NCBI GenBank assembly: GCA_019661785.1
Contig: JAIFWP010000002.1
Location: 161,869 to 225,868, forward strand
Direction of reading: 5' to 3'
DNA length: 64,000 nucleotides
DNA from: Candidatus Parcubacteria bacterium
GTDB taxonomy: Bacteria > Patescibacteriota > Minisyncoccia > Phycocordibacterales > Zambryskibacteraceae
Positions 58,261 through 64,000 of the stretch are shown one piece after another (within the stretch, counting starts at the first letter, position 1; each line of letters opens with the position of its first letter). Position numbers and translations under genes: made by a program. Under the pieces are notes generated by a model. That model worked only from the letters and a program-made list of their open reading frames with translations. It was not told the origin of the DNA and made no database searches.

Positions 58261-59373
58261 TCTCTTGGAGAAGCGGTTGCCGAGGAAGGCAGCTATAGCG
58301 AGGATGAAGAATATCGAAGTGAAGGGCCACAAGTGAAGAGCCAAGGCACCCACAGCCGAGCCAAGGATGAAGCCGACCGAGCGTGTTAGGCGGAAGATAG
58401 ATATGAGCCCTGTGTCCTCGCCGTCCACATGCTTGAAGAAGTAGCTCTCAGTGGTTATCTCTATAAAACTCGCTCCGACTCTAGATATGAATAATGCTAC
58501 AGCCCACTTGCCGAAGTCGTGCCCGATGTACGGCATGAAGATGAGGGAGATGGCAAGGATGCCGAAGCCCAAGGTCATTATCTCCCGCTCGCTAACCTCC
58601 TTGTCGGCAAGCGCTCCCACCGGCCACTCGAAGATGACAAATGGCAGTAGCATAATGGTGAAGATGACGCCTATCTCGTGCCAGCTGAAGCCCACATTTT
58701 GATGTAGATAAATTGGCATGTAGATGACCATCATGCCGTAGAAGAACTCGAGTATAAGGCGCGAGAGCGTGACTCGCCTAAGACTCTTCTTGCGCCACCA
58801 AGCAAGGAGGGGGAGTGAGTGGCCAGGGCGCTTGTGTAACTTCTTGTTCTTGAATCCTAAAGCGAAGAGGAAGATAGGCAGGAGTACGACTGCCGCCGCA
58901 AGATAGAACATAGAGAAGGTGTCATCAACTGTGAAGAAGGTGATGAGCACTGGACCCAAGACTATGGCCGCGTTCATGACAGTGAGGTAGAGGCCTCGGA
59001 TCTGGCCCGTCTTCCTGTTTGTCGTCATTTCTTCCACGAGCACATCGAGAGCGTAGAAGACCATGAGCGATACTGCTGCGTAGAGGAGGAAGAAGAAGGT
59101 TGCATCGATGCTGCTATGGGCAAAAGCTGCACCGACCGTGGCACCAAGAGTGAGAGCGACGAAGAGGAGGAGGAACTTCCTCACACCGAGCCAGTTCATG
59201 AGCCTGGGAGCGAGGAAGAAGAGCACGAGACTGAGGAGTGCGCCCACTACGTATAAGATACCGACAGCCCTAAGGTCGAAGAAGTGTGCGAGGAAGGAGG
59301 AGTTGATATATAACGTCGCCGCGAAGTGGAGCGAGAACAAGAACTCCGCCAAAAAGATCCAAAATAAACGCAT
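58243..59373 (-). CDS. MFS transporter
   Basis: Twelve TM; MFS pattern. Confidence 0.8.
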   Translation of the reverse strand: MRLFWIFLAEFLFSLHFAATLYINSSFLAHFFDLRAVGILYVVGALLSLVLFFLAPRLMNWLGVRKFLLLFVALTLGATVGAAFAHSSIDATFFFLLYAAVSLMVFYALDVLVEEMTTNRKTGQIRGLYLTVMNAAIVLGPVLITFFTVDDTFSMFYLAAAVVLLPIFLFALGFKNKKLHKRPGHSLPLLAWWRKKSLRRVTLSRLILEFFYGMMVIYMPIYLHQNVGFSWHEIGVIFTIMLLPFVIFEWPVGALADKEVSEREIMTLGFGILAISLIFMPYIGHDFGKWAVALFISRVGASFIEITTESYFFKHVDGEDTGLISIFRLTRSVGFILGSAVGALALHLWPFTSIFFILAIAAFLGNRFSKRLVNSK

Positions 59374-59418
59374 TGCGCTAAATTATAGCCCAACTTCGTC
59401 AAGGCTACGATGGGCAAG

Positions 59419-59453
59419 CAAAAAACCCTGCCTCTCGAGAATCGAGGGCAGGG
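59419..59453 (-). terminator. Strong intrinsic terminator on the minus strand: CCCTGCCCTCGA-TTC-TCGAGAGGCAGGG plus six U
   Basis: 12-bp stem with a single mismatch. The plus strand shows an A6 tract before the hairpin. Confidence 0.75.
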
Positions 59454-59819
59454 CGGGGTGTGTTGTCTGGATACCGGAGTGTTCACGGATGACCAGATTG
59501 GAAGTGGGGTCTCGACGGCTGGTTACGTCTCTTGCCTCACAACCCATACTTGTTATGTGGAACCGACTGAACACCTTTTTTACAATCGCTCGGGATACAG
59601 GGCTTGGTTTGCTAATGATTCACCCAGGAAACCGACGGACACGACTGCTGCCTTAGCGTTCCTGCTCGGTTGGAATAGAACCGACGGACACAGAAACAGG
59701 CCAGAATTCAGCGCTTCCTAAAGAACTGTCTTTTATTATTATACACCTACAAATACTTTTGTCAAGGAGAAAATAGATAGCAAAAAAGAGCCCTTGGTTA
59801 GGCCCTTTTTCAGCATTCT
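59454..59819 (-). other. About 370 nt between the RNase J stop and the terminator with no credible ORF: candidate structured ncRNA or long 3' UTR
   Basis: No ORF with coding character on either strand. Internal 13-nt direct repeat AACCGACGGACAC twice. Ends in the terminator. Confidence 0.25.
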
Positions 59820-61619
59820 TTAGACTCCTAGAATAACTGGGATGATGATTGGCTTCTTCATTGTCTTTTGGAAGAGGAAGCGGGCGACATCCTCGGAGAC
59901 AGCGTTCTTGGCGTAGTCGAAGTTGATGGGGTTCATGCCGACGGTCGTCGACTCTATGGCACGCTTGATGATGTGACGAGTCTCTGAGAGGAGTTCCTGC
60001 GACTCGCGGAGGTAGATGAAGCCGCGGGAGATAATGTCTGGGGATTTCTTAAGATGTCCTGACTTCTGCACCATGGCAACGACTACGACGAAGCCCTCTT
60101 CGGCGAGCATCTTCCTGTCGCGGATGAGCACCTCGGAGACATCTCCGACGGAGAAGCCTTCCACCACCATGTCCTCTGATGGAGCCTTTACTCCCAGTCT
60201 CACGAACTTAGTACCCTTGTCCTGTATCTCAATGAGGGAGCCATTGTCTGGGACGAGGATGTTCTCTCGAGGGCAGCCAAGCTGCGCGGCGAACTCGGCA
60301 TGCATCTTGAGCATGTAGTGGTGTCCGTGCACTGGCATGAAGAATTTATAAGGTATCTGCTTGTGGACCCACTCCATCTCTCCGCGCTTGGCGTGACCTG
60401 AGGTATGCACATCGGAGTCGAGGTAGGTGATGATCTTGGCATCGTTCCTAAAGAGGTTGTCTTTGAGCTTTGCTACGGCGCGCTCGTTGCCAGGGATGAT
60501 AGATGACGAGAGGATGATGGTGTCAGAGCGCTGGAGCTTCAAGAACTTGTGAGTCTTGTTCGACATGCGCATGAGAGCAGCGAACTCCTCTCCCTGAGCT
60601 CCAGTGGCTATCATCATGACCTTATTGGGAGGATACTTCTCTATCTCCTCTACGCCTATGACATGGTCGACGTCGACTAGGTTAAGGTGCTTAATAATCT
60701 CGACGTTGTTCTTCATGCTCCTACCCTCGATGACGACCTTCTTGCCGTAGCGCTTGGCCATGAGGAAGAATTCAATAATGCGCTCTACCTGGGAGGCAAA
60801 GGTGGCGATGATGACGCGGCCTGGAGCGTCCTTCACTATGGCGTCGATGTTCTTAAGTATCGAAACTTCAGAAGGGGAGAAGCCACCCTTCTCAATACCC
60901 GTTGAGTCCATGGTAAAGAGGAGGACGTTCCTATCTTTGAACATCTTGTACTGCTCGATCTCCTTAGGAGCTATGACTCCGTTCTCGTTCTCAACGCGGA
61001 CGTCTCCGGTGTTTACTATGTCGCCAAAGGGGGTTTCGATGATGACTCCAGTAGAGTCAGGTATCGAGTGCGTCAAGCCGAAGAAGCGGACCTTCAAGTT
61101 TGGAGTGATGGCTATCGACTTGTCGTCCTTGTCGACAACGCGGATGTCGAGGGCTGGCATGTGCGGGAACTCCTCTTGGCGCTTCTTGATAAGGAGGGCG
61201 CCGAACTCTCTCACGTAGAGAGGCGGGTTGCCTATGCGGTTCATGATATAAGGTATGCCGCCGATGTGGTCGAGGTGTCCGTGGGTAATAACCATGGCGC
61301 GGACTTTGCTCTTCCTTTCCTCGATGTACTTAGTGTTCGGCAATATATAGTCGACGCCTGGAGTCTCTGCGTCGGTGAACTGGATACCGCAGTCTACAAC
61401 GATGATGTCATCGCCAAACTCAATGGCAGTACAGTTGCGTCCGACCTCCTCCACTCCTCCCAAGGGGACAATACGAATGACGCCCTCGGCTATAGGAGGG
61501 ATGACGTCAGGGGCCTTCTTCTGAGGGATGGCTCGATCGGAGCCTCGGCGCATGCTCTTGCCTCTCATGCCGCGCTTGAAGTTGCCTCGTGGTGCTTGGG
61601 GGGAGTTGGTTGGGTTCAT
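59820..61619 (-). CDS. rnj: Ribonuclease J (metallo-beta-lactamase / beta-CASP)
   Basis: VITHGHLDHIGG motif, beta-CASP region and a basic N-terminal extension. Confidence 0.9.
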   Translation of the reverse strand: MNPTNSPQAPRGNFKRGMRGKSMRRGSDRAIPQKKAPDVIPPIAEGVIRIVPLGGVEEVGRNCTAIEFGDDIIVVDCGIQFTDAETPGVDYILPNTKYIEERKSKVRAMVITHGHLDHIGGIPYIMNRIGNPPLYVREFGALLIKKRQEEFPHMPALDIRVVDKDDKSIAITPNLKVRFFGLTHSIPDSTGVIIETPFGDIVNTGDVRVENENGVIAPKEIEQYKMFKDRNVLLFTMDSTGIEKGGFSPSEVSILKNIDAIVKDAPGRVIIATFASQVERIIEFFLMAKRYGKKVVIEGRSMKNNVEIIKHLNLVDVDHVIGVEEIEKYPPNKVMMIATGAQGEEFAALMRMSNKTHKFLKLQRSDTIILSSSIIPGNERAVAKLKDNLFRNDAKIITYLDSDVHTSGHAKRGEMEWVHKQIPYKFFMPVHGHHYMLKMHAEFAAQLGCPRENILVPDNGSLIEIQDKGTKFVRLGVKAPSEDMVVEGFSVGDVSEVLIRDRKMLAEEGFVVVVAMVQKSGHLKKSPDIISRGFIYLRESQELLSETRHIIKRAIESTTVGMNPINFDYAKNAVSEDVARFLFQKTMKKPIIIPVILGV

Positions 61620-61642
61620 GTAGATATTTCTGTATTAGGTGA

Positions 61643-63403
61643 TTATCTTTTGGCGAATATATTCCAAACGGAGTTTGTCTCTATGTACCAGTCCCGTACG
61701 CTCTCAAAGCGGTCTTGCGGTGTAGACAGGTCGCCGAGCGTGAGCCCGTGGACGGTCTTTGGCACCACATAGAGGAAGCTCGGTGTGTACAGGAAGACGG
61801 CCGGGAGGTCGAACTTCACTAGGCTGTTGAAGGCCTTGTAGTCAGCGGCACGCTTGTCCTGGTCGCTCTGCGAGCGCGCATCCGAGAGGAGCTTGTCGGC
61901 TTGGCTCGATACGTAGAGAGCGATGTTTAGCCCTGGGTCGCTACGCTCTGACGAGTGCCAGAAGGGGTATACGTCCGCATCGCGTCCGACAACTTCTCCG
62001 AAGAGGAGAGCCTGGTAGCGGCGGGGACGGATGACGTTCTGGTTTAAGTCACCCTGCTCATAGACATTCACAGTTATGTCAGCTCCTAGCTTAGACCAGG
62101 CTGACTTCAACATATCCGCCACCGCCCGGAGTTCCGGGTTGTCAGATGTGGAGAGAGTGAACGACAACTTGATGGTATCAGTTTTGGATTTTTTTTCAAG
62201 TATGCCGGTTTCTGCATTCTTCACCCAGCCGTTCCTTGCAAGTAGGGCTGTGGCGTCGAGGAGATTCTTCTCCATGTCTCTATTTGTAACTGAGTTGTCG
62301 ATATCCTCGAAGAGTCCTGGAGGGAGAGGGCCGTCTATGGCCGTGCCGTAGCCGAAGAGAACTTTGTTCACAATGTCTTGCTTAGGTGCGGTCATGTCGA
62401 GAGCCAGTCTCACCGACTTATCGAGGAGAGATTTATTGGTACTCTGGTTGAAGAAGACTCCAAAGACTCTCGGCAAAGGCGAGGAGAGGATGTTTTGGCC
62501 TGACTTCTTTAAGCCTGCGGCTTCGGCCGGAGAGATGCCGGAGAGGCTGTCTATGTCGCCGCCGTCGAGGGCGCTCAAGAGGTCTTGTTCGCTAGGGTAG
62601 AACTTGAAGACGTAATGCTTAATGTATGGAGCTCTGCCCACAGCCTTATCGAAGGGGGTGAGGTCGTAGTAGTTAGGTATGCCGCCCGAGTCTCTAGTAA
62701 CATTTGCCACTTCATAGGGACCGGAGCCTACCGGAAGGATGTTCCACTGGCTGAAGGAGAACTCGTCGTTGGTAACTGAGGACCAGACATGCTTTGGCAG
62801 GATGCCGACAGTGAGGTTCGCTCTGAAGGGGGCATATGGCTGGCGGAGAGTGAAGCTCACTGTGCTCGAGTCGACTTTGGAAATGGACACTCCGGCGAAG
62901 TCGCCAAAGAGAGGACTCTTCACATCGGGGTCGAGTATCTTGTCTATGGTGAAGACAACATCATCGGCCATTACTGGTGTGCCGTCCTGGAAGTAAGCAT
63001 CAGGACGGATCTTCAAAGTATAAGTAAGACCGTTTGGCGATACAGTGAGGCTCTCGGCGAGGTCGTTTACCAGAGTGCCGTCGGCTCCGTACTTGAGGAG
63101 GCCTGAGTAGACTAAGGCGGAGAGGTTCTTGTCTGCCTCCGAAAGTGCCAGGACCGGGTTTATGAAGCGCGGATTGCCCACGACGCCCTCGGTGAGAGTG
63201 CCTCCGCGGAGCGGTACATCCGTAAGGTAAGCGCTATTCACCTTATATAGAAGGCTGAGCGAACAGAGTATGAATAGGAAGGTGAAGAAGTAGAAGACCG
63301 ACTTCTCAGCCAAGGTGAGTCTCCGGAGGGCTCTCTCAATGGAGCGTTCTAGAGGCAGATGGAAGCGCTTAGTAGAGAGCGCGCGTAGCTTTTGATAGTT
63401 CAT
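61643..63403 (-). CDS. ABC transporter substrate-binding protein, family 5 (Opp/Dpp-like), membrane-anchored
   Basis: SBP_bac_5 pattern; N-terminal TM anchor. Confidence 0.8.
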   Translation of the reverse strand: MNYQKLRALSTKRFHLPLERSIERALRRLTLAEKSVFYFFTFLFILCSLSLLYKVNSAYLTDVPLRGGTLTEGVVGNPRFINPVLALSEADKNLSALVYSGLLKYGADGTLVNDLAESLTVSPNGLTYTLKIRPDAYFQDGTPVMADDVVFTIDKILDPDVKSPLFGDFAGVSISKVDSSTVSFTLRQPYAPFRANLTVGILPKHVWSSVTNDEFSFSQWNILPVGSGPYEVANVTRDSGGIPNYYDLTPFDKAVGRAPYIKHYVFKFYPSEQDLLSALDGGDIDSLSGISPAEAAGLKKSGQNILSSPLPRVFGVFFNQSTNKSLLDKSVRLALDMTAPKQDIVNKVLFGYGTAIDGPLPPGLFEDIDNSVTNRDMEKNLLDATALLARNGWVKNAETGILEKKSKTDTIKLSFTLSTSDNPELRAVADMLKSAWSKLGADITVNVYEQGDLNQNVIRPRRYQALLFGEVVGRDADVYPFWHSSERSDPGLNIALYVSSQADKLLSDARSQSDQDKRAADYKAFNSLVKFDLPAVFLYTPSFLYVVPKTVHGLTLGDLSTPQDRFESVRDWYIETNSVWNIFAKR

Positions 63404-63441
63404 CCCTATTAGAGATTAAGGAGATAGTTTAAGAGCGAGGT

Positions 63442-63669
63442 TTAGGAGCGGAAGAAGAGGGAAATGAAGGCGGTAGCAGCGAACAAGATGGCAGTGATTA
63501 TTGTACCAATGAATAGGAATCGTTCAAAGCCGCGCCTAGCATAGCGGGTAGCGTTCATACCATCCGCGCCAAAGGCTGCACCGAGGCCGGCTTCGGAGCG
63601 CTGGAGGAGTATCCCTCCGATGAGGAGGATAGATAGCACTAGCTGGATGTAGGGCAGTAGGGAAGCCAT
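63442..63669 (-). CDS. secG: Preprotein translocase subunit SecG
   Basis: LLIGGILLQRSEAGLGAAFG is the SecG signature region; two TM. Confidence 0.8.
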   Translation of the reverse strand: MASLLPYIQLVLSILLIGGILLQRSEAGLGAAFGADGMNATRYARRGFERFLFIGTIITAILFAATAFISLFFRS

Positions 63670-63766
63670 AATCTACAGGAGGTAAGGATAACACGTAAGG
63701 TTTCTACTTTCAATGCGTTTGTGGTAGCTTAGAAATAGCCCTAGGTTGTCCCTTTTTGGAGGTTTT

Positions 63767-63955
63767 ATGCTCCTCAGAATCCAGATATGGTTCGAGCTTC
63801 GAAAGGAAAAGAAGCGTAACCAGCTTCGCCAACGAGTGTGTGAGCTCAAGTTGCTTCGCAGCTCGAGCTTGCGCGCCGACGATATGGCGAAAGTGGAACG
63901 GCTTTACGTAGAGGAGCGTATTTTGTGTAACAAGCTCCTGTGGTTGAATAGTTGA
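63767..63955 (+). CDS. Small coiled-coil hypothetical protein (62 aa)
   Basis: GGAGG Shine-Dalgarno 4 nt before the ATG; terminator hairpin right after the stop. Confidence 0.5.
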   Translation: MLLRIQIWFELRKEKKRNQLRQRVCELKLLRSSSLRADDMAKVERLYVEERILCNKLLWLNS

Positions 63956-63965
63956 GCGTGAGGTA

Positions 63966-63995
63966 GGGCCCCGATTCGTCGGGGCCCTTTCATTT
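63966..63995 (+). terminator. Intrinsic terminator GGGCCCCGA-TTCG-TCGGGGCCC plus a T-rich tract
   Basis: Perfect 9-bp GC stem. Confidence 0.65.
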
Positions 63996-64000
63996 GACAA

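Noticed and set aside
59410-59721. Plus-strand ORF of 103 aa
   Set aside because: No RBS and a random-looking composition. The region is better explained as noncoding (terminator and possible ncRNA on the minus strand).
59454-59819. RNase P RNA, tmRNA, SRP RNA or T-box identity for the noncoding stretch
   Set aside because: Hallmark motifs (GGAAAGUCCGG / ACAGAAcccGGCUUA P4 pairing, the tRNA-like CCA end with tag ORF, the SRP domain IV GGAA/AGCAGC loops, the T-box AAUUAGGGUGG) were not convincingly present on either strand.
63710-64000. Minus-strand ORF of 96 aa
   Set aside because: It overlaps the plus-strand 62-aa gene, which has a clear GGAGG RBS and a terminator right after its stop. The minus ORF would begin inside that terminator hairpin.

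Overview
This 64-kb window looks like a small-genome, Gram-positive-like or CPR/Patescibacteria-like bacterium with roughly 52% GC and a dense mix of housekeeping and cell-surface genes. The evidence for that placement is RNase J, LigA, GatCA, a shortened RF2, FtsEX and SecG alongside many small membrane or secreted proteins carrying Fn3-like and peptidoglycan-binding domains.

Main blocks, in order:
- 1-1290: partial recG on the minus strand.
- 1300-4900: an ECF sigma factor, mscL, two DoxX genes, YvlD and two small nuclease or KTSC genes.
- 5029-9400: an AT-rich island directly after tRNA-Ser(GCU). It carries a BcgI-like Type IIB restriction-modification pair (a PD-ExK nuclease fused to an NPPY gamma-methyltransferase, followed by an S subunit with two target-recognition halves), an unknown 288-aa protein and a 5'-truncated DUF45/YgjP gene.
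- 9856-11170: three tandem VOC/glyoxalase-fold paralogs.
- 12039-25618: a type IV pilus/competence cluster (comF, pilM, [inserted DMT transporter plus a high-GC two-gene cassette], pilN, pilO, pilB, a CheY-like regulator, pilT, pilC, a major pilin, pilD and four minor pilins).
- 25623-29348: ligA and gatCA.
- 30149-30317: tRNA-Met and tRNA-Asp.
- 30397-33206: a subtilase with a dockerin-like C-terminus followed by a cohesin-like membrane-anchored protein.
- 34201-38376: nfi; two 79-bp tandem repeats that duplicate the 5' end of tRNA-Thr(GGU) just upstream of the intact tRNA; tRNA-Thr(CGU) abutting prfB; ftsEX.
- 39033-40618: an ABC exporter pair.
- 40683-64000: a cupredoxin, a frameshifted lmo0937-family gene, a stress-protein cluster (YflT, ClpP-like, KGG), surface proteins, tRNA-Gln, an M23 peptidase, a HAD phosphatase, an SDR, a GH18, an M3-like peptidase, msrA, an MFS transporter, an unexplained ~370-nt noncoding stretch (59454..59819, feature below) that ends in a strong terminator (59419..59453) downstream of RNase J, rnj, an Opp-like binding protein and secG.

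CDS coordinates follow the supplied ORF track, with some starts adjusted to internal Met codons as noted. Positions I located by hand (tRNAs, repeats, terminators, promoters) may be off by 1-2 nt. I found no CRISPR array, no rRNA gene and no integrase or transposase.
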